Assembly (NCBI GenBank): GCA_964016885.1
Contig: CAXHJY010000287.1
Span: forward strand, 1-64,000
DNA from: Eledone cirrhosa
Taxonomy: Eukaryota
Reading direction: 5' to 3'
DNA: 64,000 nucleotides
The position numbers and the translations under genes were made by a program. Positions 15,666 to 32,310 of the stretch are shown one piece after another. How positions within the stretch are numbered: position 1 is the first letter of the stretch; each line of letters starts with the position of its first letter. The notes under the pieces were generated by a model. It was given only the letters and a program-made list of their open reading frames with translations. It ran no database searches and had not been told where the DNA came from.

Positions 15666-17864
15666 TGTCTAAATTTGTTTCTAATAATTATGATAAACAA
15701 AAATGTTATCTCTATTATTTTTCTACTCATCATATTTAGAAACGTATGCATTCACACAGACACATATATGTTGATAGACTTGTAGCTATCTTGGAACATA
15801 CAACAAAGGCAGCAGCAACAAGAAAAGCGACAGTAATTTTTATGCGATGATTTTTAGGCTGAATTTATTCAAAGATCCGTTTATTCTACGTTCAAATCCG
15901 ACACTGTGCGTCTTTGCCTCTCATCATTCCACAGTCGATACATACCTTATAAACATAGTGTGACTGGCTGTCAGATTAATTATGATGTAATGTATTTGAA
16001 ATCAAATGTCACTGAATTTTACTTGCATTTTACACTGAATTCATCATATAAACTTTAAGTTTCATTCAACCCAATGTCCATTGGATCACGTGCCTGAAAT
16101 GTACCTAGCTTCACACATTGACAATTTTCTTTTTGTGGAAACCGTGAGTTGTATTGTTTAACCATCGTTGTGCGTATTTTGAGAATGGTGTAATTATTGC
16201 TTTTATTTGATCGAATATCCAGAGAATACTTTCCTGATTGATTGTTGCGTTTGCTGATTTAAACCTCGTGTTAAATGTGTTAAAGATGGTATGATATGTG
16301 GTAGTATGTACATGTGGAATTCAGGATGATGGTACGAATAAAGCTCATATATTATCATTAATCTTTAAGACGAAAATAACATTTATAATTTACAGTTCAT
16401 CAGCGACGCTTATTTCCTCTTTATCTTACTAGATAAATTATATTTATGATTTTTCGACAGTTAAACTTTAATTTATTGCCCAAGAAATGCAATCTCACCT
16501 TCGATATTTTCAGTAAACATTATTTACCATATTTTATGAGTGGCATAACATTTGAGGCAAATTTGAATCCTTCTAAATATTCGATGTAGATAAGATTTGC
16601 AATTCAACTCCCTTATTATATTTTATGTTATTTGCCAAGAGAATTATGTTGCACCTATAAATTTTGCAGGCGTTTCGATGCTACGGAAGAAGCCTCAGTG
16701 GTGGCAGAGAAGGAATGAGGAAAATGTATGGTAAAGAGATAGTTTGGAGTGTGTTGGTATTTTCTGCTAATCAGCTTCATGACCTACGTGCTGATGCCGA
16801 CTATATCTCTAACTGTAGCATCATAATCGTATCAGATGTTGCGGTGGCATATATTACTTGAAATGTCTATACCGACAGCAGCTACTCTGTTTGTGAAATG
16901 CCCTTATAAAAAATATGAATATCGTAAGTTTGATTTTACCCCAACCTCTCCCCCACTTTTAAAATATACCTAAACATTCTATGGTAACAAAACCAATAGA
17001 AAAACAGAACGCGTTTGTCCACAGTAATCAATGCATAGGGGAAAAAATGGCATAATAGCCAATGTTGTGTAGCTAATGACTGTTACATTTCATACCACAC
17101 ACTAAACACTGAAAACAGTTTATAAGAGTGAAATTCGATCCTCCCGTATTGACTTCCTGAATAAAAGTTCTTAAATGCATCAGAGCTCTGTTTTCAGGCG
17201 ACGCGATTGTTAGATTGATGAAGTAATGATTGGAAGCGCATTATGTGTTATTCTTTTTCATTGTGAGAGTTAGAAACTATAAGGTAGAAACGCTGATGTC
17301 TTGTGGAGTTCATAATGGTCCTATTTGAAAGTCAACACCATTCTCTACTGCAAATAACATGGTGAAACGTTTGTGTGACTGCGACGTTTAAAGACATCGT
17401 TTGCTTTGCACTTCTTTCGGATGTTGCTTCTAACAAAAGTTATTGTTATTTTGCCAAGGATTATGCTTAATAGAGTAGAAATACTCCAACGGGGGTTACA
17501 CGTACATCTGATAATCTATGTCTACATCATATACTGCATATACTTTTTAAAGATAGTAGAGCGTGGCTACAGATTTATGTGACATGGCTAACAAATGCCG
17601 TTGTCACGTATGACCTCTAACGTTGAATCACCTACATTCCTCAGTACATATTCATTTATTGCGCGCATACTGATTAATGATGATATGGCGAGTCCCCGCA
17701 GTCATTCTTTGGAAGCAATATTGAATTGATGCTCAAAGGAAGACTGAAACATTTCAGTAAAATATGCATCTATAAAAACGAAATCAGTCACCATTCGTAG
17801 TTGTTCAGGATAGAACAGATATGATGAATATTTACAAACTTGAGTGATCCTCATTTAACACAAT

Positions 17865-17998
17865 TCAAATCCTGCCGAGTTTTTCTTTGCTTTTCATCCT
17901 TACGGGTCGATAAAATAAAGTACCAGTTACGCACTTGGTTCGATTTAAGCGACTTTTCCCTCCCCCAAAATTGCTGGCCTTTTGCCTATTGTAGAAAT
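17865..17998 (+). mobile_element. SINE family 1
   Basis: ttcaaatcctgccgag..ttcatccttacgggtcgataaaataaagtaccagt..ttgctggcctt..gtagaaa. Confidence 0.85.
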
Positions 17999-19030
17999 TG
18001 TTATTATTGTTAATCTTATTATCAGCCACATCATCACCAGCATAGACTTCACCATCATATGGATAATTTATTCTCTCATTCCCGGTGATATTTTGTTATT
18101 GAGATTGTAAATCACACGATTTTTTATCAATATAAGCACTTTTTTTCAATTTTTACCACATAATTCTTATTCTCTTTTCTTTAATCGTTTTCACCCCATT
18201 ACACAAAACATACGCCGATAAGTTCACACACAGATATACACATACACACATATGCACGTCCGTATGTGTGTATATAATATTGGTGATGTACCGAAATATT
18301 ATATTCACAGAAACACACGCTCATACACACTAAAAAAAAAAAGTATATATATATGTACACACACACACACACACACACGTGCATACGTATATGTATGAGT
18401 AAAGGTATATGTGTGTGAGTATAGTGCATATATATATTACCATCAAGATACCATTTTTTTTTTAGTTTTCCACTTTTTCTACTTTTCTGTTTTTAACTTG
18501 TCTGACTTTTTCATATCATTAATCTTTCGAGTATTGTTTACAGTGTTGATAACATTTCATTCCTGCTGGGAGAATATTAAAATAAATATAAGAAATAAAT
18601 CTGTCTGAAGGCGTTAAAAGTTCAGCACATAAGTACGAAGGAAAGAAAACGGGCTAGTATAAATAAATTAGAGGATCCTTTCTCGCGATTTTTTTGTCTT
18701 TATCTTTTTATTATAAATTGAAAAGCTACTCATAAACATGAGAAATATAGTAGATCAGGGGGTTTATGTTTGCGATTGTTTATACAGGTTTGTGTATATG
18801 TGTATTGGCTTGCTCATATGTTTGTGAGAGTGTGTATATACTGTGTGGGCGTGTGGGTTTATTGCGTGTTCGAATATGAAGAACATTACATATATGCTGA
18901 CGCAATCATAGCTATATGGGCAATAATTTCACTTCATGAAAACTTGGTTTCCATTTCTATCGCACTTCACAATATTTTGCCAATAACATGTAAGTTCGAC
19001 AGAATCAAACTTTGCTCGGGCCCTCGAATA

Positions 19031-19086
<56 letters not shown>

Positions 19087-19748
19087 AATGTCTTTCAAAG
19101 AGCTATAGCTGGAATATTTACTGTAGGATAGTGAGTTTACGATGTGTTGCACAAGTATAAAACAAGTCAGCATCTTCGACATCGGTTTTCAGAGCTGGTC
19201 TTCCTCAAACATGTTTTAACTGCCATCGTATATTTATATATATTATTTTATTTTTTAACTGGTTTCAATCATCAGACTGAACTTATATTGTTTCACGGTC
19301 TTGAAGGGATTTACTTATTTATATCAATACTAGAGTATACTTTTTATCGAAAAATTATATTTGTATTGGGTTAGCCACCCATGAATATGCGAGACAAAGC
19401 ATAGCGGTACGTATATATATTGCATTTGTCTATATCACTTTGCGCATGTGAGTCGGGGTGGTTATGTATGTGTTTGTGAGGGTGCATGTGGAGGTGGAGT
19501 TGTATGCGTGTGACTATGCTAGAGGCCGCTTGCGTTTATAATTAACATGGAAGTAATTTAGGTCACTTATATATATATATATATGAATTTGGATTTAATG
19601 CTCTGAAATAGCGATATATATGTGAAGACAAACATAGAATATTCGAAAATATTCTGTATGTTTATAATAAACATTTTGAAGACCTAATCGCTATAGAATA
19701 GAATACGTCACGTATTACAATTTGAGATTCTCGATAAAAGCAAGGGAA

Positions 19749-19791
19749 GTAACCAACGCGTTTCATTCTTATTAGAAATCATCAGGATTAC
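19749..19791 (-). ncRNA. Type I hammerhead (family B), GUU triplet
   Basis: Reverse complement: gtaatc CTGATGA tttctaataagaat GAAA cgcg TT ggttac. Confidence 0.78.
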
Positions 19792-20060
19792 ATATCCAGT
19801 GCTTTTATCGAGAATGACACAGCTAGAGACTTATAGAATACTTAGCTGTGTACAGGAACTGGTTTGAAAGAGCGGTTGCCGGTCCGGCAGAAATTAGAAT
19901 TTGGATTTAATGCTCTGAAATAGCGATATATATGTGAAGACAAACATAGAATATTCGAAAATATTCTGTATGTTTATAATAAACATTTTGAAGACCTAAT
20001 CGCTATAGAATAGAATACGTCACGTATTACAATTTGAGATTCTCGATAAAAGCAAGGGAA

Positions 20061-20103
20061 GTAACCTACGCGTTTCATTCTTATTAGAAATCATCAGGAT
20101 TAC
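20061..20103 (-). ncRNA. Type I hammerhead (family B)
   Basis: Reverse complement: gtaatc CTGATGA tttctaataagaat GAAA cgcg TA ggttac. Confidence 0.8.
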
Positions 20104-20433
20104 ATATCCAGTGCTTTTATCGAGAATGACACAGCTAGAGACTTATAGAATACTTAGCTGTGTACAGGAACTGGTTTGAAAGAGCGGTTGCCGGTCCGGC
20201 GGAAATTAGAATTTGGATTTAATGCTCTGAAATAGCGATATATATGTGAAGACGAACAGAATATTTTCGAATATTCTATGTTTGTCTTCACATATATATC
20301 GCTATTTCAGAGCATTAAATCCAAATTCTAATTTCTGCCGGACCGGCAACCGCTCTTTCAAACCAGTTCCTGTACACAGCTAAGTTTTCTATAAGTCTCT
20401 AGCTGTGTCATTCTCGATAAAAGCACTGGATAT

Positions 20434-20476
20434 GTAATCCTGATGATTTCTAATAAGAATGAAACGCGTAGGTTAC
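20434..20476 (+). ncRNA. Type I hammerhead (family B, inverted copy)
   Basis: gtaatcCTGATGAtttctaataagaatGAAAcgcgTAggttac. Confidence 0.8.
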
Positions 20477-20598
20477 TTCCCTTGCTTTTATCGAGAATCT
20501 CAAATTGTAATACGTGACGTATTCTATTCTATAGCGATTAGGTCTTCAAAATGTTTATTATAAACATACAGAATATTTTCGAATATTCTATGTTTGTC

Positions 20599-20644
<46 letters not shown>

Positions 20645-20844
20645 GTGTGTGTTGTGTATGTGTGTGTGTGTGTGTGTGCGTTACCGTTCAATAAATACAA
20701 ACTGATATTTCAGTAGAATCTACACCAGTTAGGCATCGATACGTTGGCCCCAAACTTTGGAAAATACATTTCCCACCAATGCAAAAGTCCAATGATATGG
20801 AAGTCTATGATTCACACCAACACACATTAATACAGATAGATACA

Positions 20845-21481
20845 TTTCTTTATTAGCCACAAGGGCACAAAAGAATGGGACAAATACAAATGGGGAGTTT
20901 ACATACAGGTATATGAAAATAAAACTATTAATAAAATAACAAATAACAATTGAAATCCCCAATAAGGGTGAGGTGTTACAGAGGGGTTGTACACACCCCG
21001 AAAAAATGTACAACCCTCATCTCCAGGAGCACCAAGAGTTAGTACTCTCTTCTTTTGTTCCTCTTTTTCCTCAACCTACAGGCTTATATAGCGAGAAGGC
21101 CCAACCACTCGGGCCATCTTTGCCACATTCACCCACCTTTTATAAAATGTGCTGGGGTACAGCACCTCTCTCTCTATCCTGATTCTTCTTCCAAAATGAT
21201 ATTTGAAAAAACGAATCAGTTGCTCGCCGGAGAGTAAAGGTGTCTGATCTCAGCTCTTTTAACCTCATTCACCATATAATATTTTCCACCATAGACATAA
21301 CACATAGGAAAACCGCCTCTCCCTCGTTTTTGAAGGAAGGTGGCGGTTTGATCATGACAATGGACTCTGTGGTCAACTGGATTGGTCGCACCCGCGACAA
21401 TAGTCGTTCTGTATAGCCCTACAGGTCGGTAACACCCGGGCAGTGTACAAATGCGTGTGCGGCGGTTTCCTCCTCGCGCAC
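20845..21481 (-). mobile_element. L1/Tx1-like LINE 3' fragment (C-terminal zinc-knuckle region and 3' UTR)
   Basis: Minus translation EEETAAHAFVHCPGVTDL*GY...VENIIW*MR fits the ETxxHxFxxCxxxxxxW...IWxxR pattern; AATAAA at the 3' end. Confidence 0.72.
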
Positions 21482-21922
21482 ATAGATAGATAGATATTTA
21501 TTTACGTGTGTGATGTTGTGTGTGAGTATATATAATTTGTATAAGATGACGTAAGAGGATGTCAGAGAAGGATTAGAGGAGAAGTTAGATAAATATTGGC
21601 AAAGTGCAGTCGAAAGAACGAAAGGGCATATCGGTTAGAGACTAGGAGAAAGAGGAAGAATGTGAAAGAAACGAGAAATAGTAAAATTGACGCATTGCTT
21701 TTGTGTGTCAGTTTGTGAGATAGAGAGATTGGAGTGTGAGAAAATTTGATGGAACAATTATTTATTCAAATATATATGTTCCAACGTCTATTTACGCTTT
21801 AAGTAATTTATTAAGTGTTGTGTGGCCAGGATCTAAAGGGAAAGCAGTCTTTCTGAACACGAAACGAGAGAAAAGGAATATTCAATTAATAAAATTTGCT
21901 AAAAGTATTGGCAATGGATTAC

Positions 21923-21959
<37 letters not shown>

Positions 21960-22141
21960 TATCTGTTTGTCATAATTTCGAATACATTTTTTTTGACAGG
22001 CCTCCTTCCTGGTGGCAATGTTGTAAAAGAAAAGAAATTGTCATCCCTTCAATCGCAAGAATGTTTTGCAAATTTTGATGTATATATGTGTATATGCATG
22101 TAGAAATGTATGTATGTATATATGTATGTATGTATATATAT

Positions 22142-22750
22142 GTCAGGTCACCAGTTGGTGCTACTGGTAACATGTATCCCAGTACAACCTGTCTCATGGT
22201 CGGGTCGTTGGCGACTAAACTGGCAACCCCACCAAGGTTTCTTGGTGAGGAGGGTGACTTTGGACATCCTGCAGGACTAAAAACAAAACCTGTCAAAGGG
22301 CAAGGGAGCTCTTAAGACTCAATAGCCATCCAAAATCACCGGGAGAGATGACCCCTTAGCCTTTGTCAAGGCAGAATTCTAGGAGAAGGAAAACTCTGAT
22401 ATAACACCTGCAACCCTGATGGTATCCAATGATGTTGACTTGTTCTTCTTTTTGGTAAATATCATCTTGGTTAAGAGAGTGGGACTGGCTTTGTGCAGTG
22501 CCTTTGCTCACTATAAAAGCTTCACAGCACAGGCATTGCTTTATATCTGGAGATCTCTCTGCACTTGTCATCACATGGTATCATGGGCCCTGCACTATGT
22601 GTCAATAATGGTCACAAGTGTAGTCTTTGTACCAGAGTTTTCAAGTCGCTGGCTGGACTAAAAAGTCACACTCGTTCAGCGCATCGGTAGGGGTTCTCCT
22701 ACATGGATATAAAGTAGTGGCCGTACTCGAAAACGAGTTGGCAGCCACCA
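22142..22750 (+). mobile_element. ~610-bp bipartite RTE-derived non-autonomous element, copy 1 (full length)
   Basis: 5' part resembles an RTE 5' UTR (ggagaaggaaaactctga); 3' part encodes [25 protein letters not shown] (C2H2-type terminus); ends in a TA/TATG array. Confidence 0.72.
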
Positions 22751-22914
22751 TGTATATATATATATGTGTATGTATGTATATATATATATGTATATGTATG
22801 TATATATATCTATGTATATGTATGTATATATATATATGTATGTATATATGTATGTATATATGTATGTATATATGTATGTATATATGTGTATCTATATATG
22901 TATATGTATATATG

Positions 22915-22977
<63 letters not shown>

Positions 22978-23567
22978 GTATATATATATATGTATATATA
23001 TATATGTATATATATATATGTATATATATATGTATATATGTATATATATATATGTATATATATATATGTATATATATATATGTATATATATATGTGTATA
23101 TATATATGTGTATATATATATGTATATATATATGTATATATATATATGTATATATATATGTATATATATATATGTATATATATATGTATATATATATATG
23201 TATATATATATGTATATATATATATGTGTATATATATATGTATATATATATATGTATATATATATATGTATATATATATATGTATATATATATATGTATA
23301 TATATATGTATATATATAAATGTATATATATATGTATATATATATATGTATATATATATATGTATATATGTATATATATATATGTATATATATATGTATA
23401 TATATAAATGTATATATATATGTATATATATATATGTATATATATATATGTATATATATATATGTATATATATATGTATATATATATATGTATATATATA
23501 TATGTATATATATATGTATATATATATATGTATATATATATATGTATATATATATGTATATGTATAT

Positions 23568-23613
<46 letters not shown>

Positions 23614-23649
23614 GTATATATATATGTATATGTATATATATATATGTAT

Positions 23650-23699
<50 letters not shown>

Positions 23700-23706
23700 G
23701 TATATG

Positions 23707-23753
<47 letters not shown>

Positions 23754-23798
23754 GTACATATATATATATGTATATATATATATGTATATATATATATG

Positions 23799-23829
<31 letters not shown>

Positions 23830-23844
23830 GTATATATATATATG

Positions 23845-23891
<47 letters not shown>

Positions 23892-23958
23892 GTATATGTA
23901 TATATATATATGTATATATATATATATGTATATATATATATGTGTATATATATATATG

Positions 23959-23989
<31 letters not shown>

Positions 23990-24020
23990 GTATATATATA
24001 TATGTGTATATATATATATG

Positions 24021-24067
<47 letters not shown>

Positions 24068-24068
24068 G

Positions 24069-24119
<51 letters not shown>

Positions 24120-24120
24120 G

Positions 24121-24269
<149 letters not shown>

Positions 24270-24297
24270 GTATATATGTATATGTATATATATATAT

Positions 24298-24756
24298 AAC
24301 TTTGAATAACTTTGAAATGTTTTGGCCAGTATTGGCCCAGGCCATGTCTAACTTAATAGCACCACCTGGCGAAGTCTTTCAATTCAGGATTTGGGCACCA
24401 TGGCCCATTCGAGAAGAGAATTACTGTTTGCGGAGACATATCCGGATGTGGGTGGTTTGTCCGGGATTACTTCGAGGAATTTGTCCAAAGACTTCTTGAA
24501 TTTTGTGTGGTCAGTTTCTGTTTTGACGTGTCCTGGTGTGATGTTGAAGAGAGCAGGGCCGATTGAGGTGAAATAATTGTGCCGTATTGTTGTTATGAGT
24601 TGCGATTTAGATTTTTGAATGGGACGGATAGCACGGGGCCCAAGCCTTGGGTGTATCTTGAAGGCGATGCCAACATCATTTGGGCAGTGATGATGGAACA
24701 TTTTCCACATCATGCAGATAATATAACACTCACGGCGACGTTGGAGTGAGTAAAGT
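24298..24756 (-). mobile_element. CR1-group LINE 3' fragment
   Basis: Minus translation [18 protein letters not shown]...GPALFN...[16 protein letters not shown]...NSL; short repeated tail ttcaaagtta. Confidence 0.8.
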
Positions 24757-24777
24757 ATATATGTATATATATATATG

Positions 24778-24824
<47 letters not shown>

Positions 24825-24935
24825 GTATATATATATGTATATATATATGTATATATATATATATGTATATATATATATGTATATATATATATATGTATAT
24901 ATATATGTATATATATATATATGTATATATATATG

Positions 24936-24966
<31 letters not shown>

Positions 24967-25009
24967 GTATATATATATATGTATATATATATATATGTAT
25001 ATATATATG

Positions 25010-25042
<33 letters not shown>

Positions 25043-25055
25043 GTATATATATATG

Positions 25056-25086
<31 letters not shown>

Positions 25087-25365
25087 GTATATATATATGT
25101 ATATATATATGTATATATATATGTATATATATGTATATATATATATATGTATATAAATATGTATATATATATATATGTATATATATATGTATATATATAT
25201 ATGTATATATATATATATGTATATATATATATGTATATATTTATATAAATATGTATATATATATATATGTATATATATATATGTATATATTTATATATGT
25301 ATATATATATATATGTATATATATATGTATGTATATGTATATATATATATATGTATATATATATG

Positions 25366-25412
<47 letters not shown>

Positions 25413-25539
25413 GTATATATATATGTATATATATATATGTATATATATATATGTATATATATATATGTATGTATATGTATATATGTATATATATATATAT
25501 GTATATATGTATATATATGTATATATATGTATATATATG

Positions 25540-25602
<63 letters not shown>

Positions 25603-25671
25603 GTATATAATTATATATGTATATATATATATGTATATATATATATGTATATATATGTATATATATATATG

Positions 25672-25734
<63 letters not shown>

Positions 25735-25789
25735 GTATATATATGTATATGTATATGTATATGTATATATATATGTATATATATATATG

Positions 25790-25851
<62 letters not shown>

Positions 25852-25869
25852 TATATATATATATATGTG

Positions 25870-25929
<60 letters not shown>

Positions 25930-25947
25930 TATATATATATATATGTG

Positions 25948-25978
<31 letters not shown>

Positions 25979-25989
25979 GTATATATATG

Positions 25990-26035
<46 letters not shown>

Positions 26036-26189
26036 TATATATATATATATGTGTATATATATATATGTGTATATATATATATATTTATATATATATATGT
26101 ATATATATATATATGTATATATATATGTGTATATATATATATGTGTATATATATATATGTGTATATATATATATGTATATATATATATT

Positions 26190-26250
<61 letters not shown>

Positions 26251-26335
26251 GTATATATATGTATATATATGTATATATATATATATGTATATATATGTAT
26301 ATGTATATATATATATATGTATATATATGTATATG

Positions 26336-26382
<47 letters not shown>

Positions 26383-26539
26383 GTATATATATATGTATAT
26401 ATATATGTATATATATATATATGTATATATATATGTGTATATATATATATGTATGTATATATATATGTGTATATATATATATGTATATATATATGTGTAT
26501 ATATATATATGTATATATATATATATGTATATATATATG

Positions 26540-26572
<33 letters not shown>

Positions 26573-26585
26573 GTATATATATATG

Positions 26586-26622
<37 letters not shown>

Positions 26623-26857
26623 GTATATATATATGTGTATATATATATATGTATATATATATGTGTATATATATATATGTATATATATATATATGTATAT
26701 ATATATGTATATATGTATATATATATATGTATATATGTATATATATATATGTATGTATATATATATATATATGTATATATATGTATATGTATATATGTAT
26801 ATATATGTATATATATGTATATATATGTATATATATGTATATATATGTATATATGTG

Positions 26858-26888
<31 letters not shown>

Positions 26889-27223
26889 GTATATATGTGT
26901 ATATATATATATATGTGTATATATATATATATATGTATATATATGTATATATATATATATGTATATATGTGTATATATATATATATATGTATATATGTGT
27001 ATATATATATATGTATATATATATATGTATATATGTGTATATATATATATGTATATATATATATGTATATATGTGTATATATATATATGTATATATATGT
27101 GTATATATATATATGTATATATATGTATATATGTGTATATATATATGTATATATGTGTATATATATATGTATATATATATATATGTATATGTATATATAT
27201 AAGTATATATGTATATATATATG

Positions 27224-27256
<33 letters not shown>

Positions 27257-27279
27257 GTATGTATGTATGTATATATATG

Positions 27280-27342
<63 letters not shown>

Positions 27343-27362
27343 GTATATATATATATGTATGT

Positions 27363-27495
<133 letters not shown>

Positions 27496-27499
27496 TATG

Positions 27500-27530
<31 letters not shown>

Positions 27531-27573
27531 GTATATGTATGTATGTATATGTATGTATATGTATGTATGTATG

Positions 27574-27635
<62 letters not shown>

Positions 27636-27639
27636 TATG

Positions 27640-27686
<47 letters not shown>

Positions 27687-27717
27687 GTATATGTATATAT
27701 ATGTATGTATGTATATG

Positions 27718-27790
<73 letters not shown>

Positions 27791-27791
27791 G

Positions 27792-27824
<33 letters not shown>

Positions 27825-28086
27825 GTATATGTATGTATGTATATATATGTATGTATGTATATGTATGTATATATATGTATGTATGTATATGTATGTATAT
27901 ATATATATATGTATGTATATGTATGTATGTATATATATGTATGTATGTATATGTGTATGTATGTATATATGTATGTATATATGTATGTATATATGTTTGT
28001 ATATATGTATATATATATATGTATATATATATATGTATATATATATGTATGTATATATGGATGTATGTATATATATGTATATATGG

Positions 28087-28172
<86 letters not shown>

Positions 28173-28193
28173 GTATATATATATATATGTATG

Positions 28194-28340
<147 letters not shown>

Positions 28341-28775
28341 GTATATATATGTATGTATGTATATATATGTATGTATGTATATATATATATGTATGTATAT
28401 ATATATATGTATGTATATATATATATGTATGTATGTATATATATGTATGTATATGTATGTATATATATGTATGTATATGTATGTATATATATGTATGTAT
28501 ATGTATATATATATGTATATGTATATATATATATATGTATGTATATGTATATATATATGTATATATATGTATATATATATGTATGTATATGTATATGTAT
28601 ATATATATGTATGTATATGTATATGTATATGTATATATATGTATATATATATATATGTATGTATATGTATATGTATATGTATATATATATGTATGTATAT
28701 GTATATATATATATATGTATGTATATGTATATATATATGTATATATATATGTATGTGTATATATATATATGTATG

Positions 28776-28809
<34 letters not shown>

Positions 28810-28829
28810 TGTATGTATGTATGTATATA

Positions 28830-29237
28830 CGGAAGAGATGACCCCTTAGCCTTTGTCAAGGCAGAATTCTAGGAGAAGGAAAACTCTGATATAACACCTG
28901 CAGCCCTGATGGTATCCAATGATGTTGACTCGTTCTTCTTTTTGGTAAATATCATCTTGGTTAAGAGAGTGGGATTGGCTTTGTGCAGTGCCTTTGCTCA
29001 CTATAAAAGCTTCACGGCACAGGCATTGCTTTATATCTGGAGATCTCTCTGCACTTGTCGTCACCTGGTACCATGGGCCCTGCACTGTGTCAATAATTGT
29101 CATAAGTGTAGTGTTTGTACCAGAGTTTTCAAGTCGCTGGCTGGACTTAAAATCACACTCGTTCAGCGCATCGGTAGGGGTTCTCCTACATGGATATAAA
29201 GTAGTGTCCGTACTCGAAAACGAGTTGGCAGCCACCA
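28830..29237 (+). mobile_element. RTE-derived element, copy 2 (5'-truncated)
   Basis: Matches 22340-22750. Confidence 0.8.
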
Positions 29238-29513
29238 TGTATATATATATATATGTATGTATGTATATATATATGTATGTATATATGTATGTATGTATAT
29301 ATGTATGTATGTATATATGTATGTATGTATATGTATGTATATGTATGTATATATGTATGTATATATATATATATGTATGTATATATATATGTATGTATAT
29401 ATATATGTATGTATATATATATGTATGTATATATATATCTATGTATATATATATATGTATGTATATATATATGTATGTATATATATATATGTATGTATAT
29501 ATATATATGTATC

Positions 29514-29552
<39 letters not shown>

Positions 29553-29557
29553 GCATG

Positions 29558-29654
<97 letters not shown>

Positions 29655-29659
29655 GCATG

Positions 29660-29696
<37 letters not shown>

Positions 29697-29719
29697 CTAT
29701 GTATATATATGTATGCATG

Positions 29720-29750
<31 letters not shown>

Positions 29751-29931
29751 GTATATATGTATGTATGTATATATATGTATGTATGTATATATGTATGTAT
29801 GTATATATGTATGTATGTATGTATATATATATGTATGTATATATGTATGTATATGTATGTATATGTATATATGTATATATGTATATATGTATGTATATGT
29901 ATATATATGTATATGTATATATATATATATG

Positions 29932-29967
<36 letters not shown>

Positions 29968-30013
29968 TGTATGTATGTATGTATGTATGTATGTATGTAT
30001 GTATATATGTATG

Positions 30014-30045
<32 letters not shown>

Positions 30046-30058
30046 TGTATATATATAT

Positions 30059-30667
30059 GTCAGGTCACCAGTTGGTGCTACTGGTAACATGTATTCGAGT
30101 ACAACCTGTCCCATGGTCGGGTCGTTGGTGACTAAACTGGCAACCCCACCAAGGTTTCTTGGTGAGGAGGGTGACTTTGGACATCCTGCAGGACTAAAAA
30201 CAAAACCTGTCAAAAGGCAAAGGAGCTCTTAAGAGTCAATGGCCATCCAAAATCACCGGGAGAGATGACCCCTTAGCCTTTGTCAAGGCAGAATTCTAGG
30301 AGAAGGAAAACTCTGATATAACACCTGCAACCCTGATGGTATCCAATGATGTTGACTTGTTCTTCTTTTTGGTAAATATCATCTTGGTTAAGAGAGTGGG
30401 ACTGGCTTTGTGCAGTGCCTTTGCTCACTATAAAAGCTTCACGGCACAGGCATTGCTTTATATCTGGAGATCTCTCTGCATTTGTCGTCACATGGTACCA
30501 TGGGCCCAGCACTATGTGTCAATAATTGTCACAAGTGTAGTGTTTGTACCAGAGCTTTCAAGTCGCTGGCTGGACTAAAAAGTCACACTCGTTCAGCGCA
30601 TCAGTAGGGGTTCTCCTACATGGATATAAAGTAGTGGCCGTACTCGAAAACGAGTTGGCAGCCACCA
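30059..30667 (+). mobile_element. RTE-derived element, copy 3 (full length)
   Basis: Matches 22142-22750. Confidence 0.8.
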
Positions 30668-30715
30668 TGTATATATATATGTATGTATATATATATATAT
30701 GTATGTATGTATATA

Positions 30716-30748
<33 letters not shown>

Positions 30749-30845
30749 ATATGTATGTGTATGTATGTATGTATATATGTATGTATATATATATATATGT
30801 ATGTATGTATGTATGTATATATATATGTATGTGTATGTATGTATG

Positions 30846-30878
<33 letters not shown>

Positions 30879-31057
30879 GTATGTATATATATGTATGTAT
30901 GTATGTATGTATATACATACATATACATACATACATATATATACATACATACATATACATACATATATATATATATACATACATATACATACATACATAC
31001 ATATACATACATACATATACATATATATACATACATACATATATACATACATGTATG

Positions 31058-31091
<34 letters not shown>

Positions 31092-31337
31092 TGTATATAT
31101 GTATGTATGTATGTATATATGTATGTATATATATATATGTATGTATGTATATATGTATGTATATATGTATGTATGTATATATGTATGTATGTATATATAT
31201 ATGTATGTATATATATATGTATGTATATATATATGTATGTATATATATATGTATGTATATATATATGTATGTATATATATATGTATGTATATATATATGT
31301 ATGTATATATATATGTATGTATATATATATGTATGTA

Positions 31338-31373
<36 letters not shown>

Positions 31374-31489
31374 TATATGTATGTATGTATATATATATGT
31401 ATGTATGTATATATATATGTATGTATATGTATGTATATGTATATGTATGTATGTATATATATATATATGTATGTATATATATATGTATG

Positions 31490-31520
<31 letters not shown>

Positions 31521-31768
31521 GTATATATATATATGTATGTATATATATATGTATGTATATATATATGTATGTATATATATATGTATGTATATATGTATGT
31601 ATGTATGTATATATATGTATGTATGTATATATATGTATGTATATGTATGTATGTATGTATGTATATATATATGTATGTATGTATATATATGTATGTATAT
31701 GTATGTATGTATGTATATATATATGTATGTATATGTATGTATGTATGTATATATATATGTATGTATGT

Positions 31769-32133
31769 AAGGAAAACTCTGATATAACACCTGCAACCCT
31801 GATGGTATCCAATGATGTTGACTTGTTCTTCTTTTTGGTAAATATCATCTTGGTTAAGAGAGTGGGACTGGCTTTGTGCAGTGCCTTTGCTCACTATAAA
31901 AGCTTCACGGCACAGGCATTGCTTTATATCTGGAGATCTCTCTGCACTTGTCGTCACATGGTACCATGGGCCCAGCACTATGTGTCAGTAATTGTCACAA
32001 GTGTAGTGTTTGTACCAGAGTTTTCAAGTCGCTGGCTGGACTAAAAAGTCACACTCGTTCAGCGCATCGGTAGGGGTTCTCCTACATGGATATAAAGTAG
32101 TGGCCGTACTCGAAAACGAGTTGGCAGCCACCA
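31769..32133 (+). mobile_element. RTE-derived element, copy 4 (5'-truncated)
   Basis: Starts at aaggaaaactctg; same 3' end as the other copies. Confidence 0.8.
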
Positions 32134-32265
32134 TATATATATATATATATATGTACATTATGAAGAGAGAAGAAACATTTAGATATAATTAGTAATAAAA
32201 TGTATCATACCTAAACTGTTCCTAAATTCCTCGACTATATGTATATATATGTATGTATGTATGTA

Positions 32266-32310
<45 letters not shown>

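Larger units (their letters stand above)
19585..20602 (-). mobile_element. 312-bp HHR-bearing unit (family B, second locus): 2.15 tandem copies plus an inverted copy
   Basis: Units start at 19585, 19897 and 20209; inverted copy at ~20256-20602; (TA)n on both sides. Confidence 0.88.
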
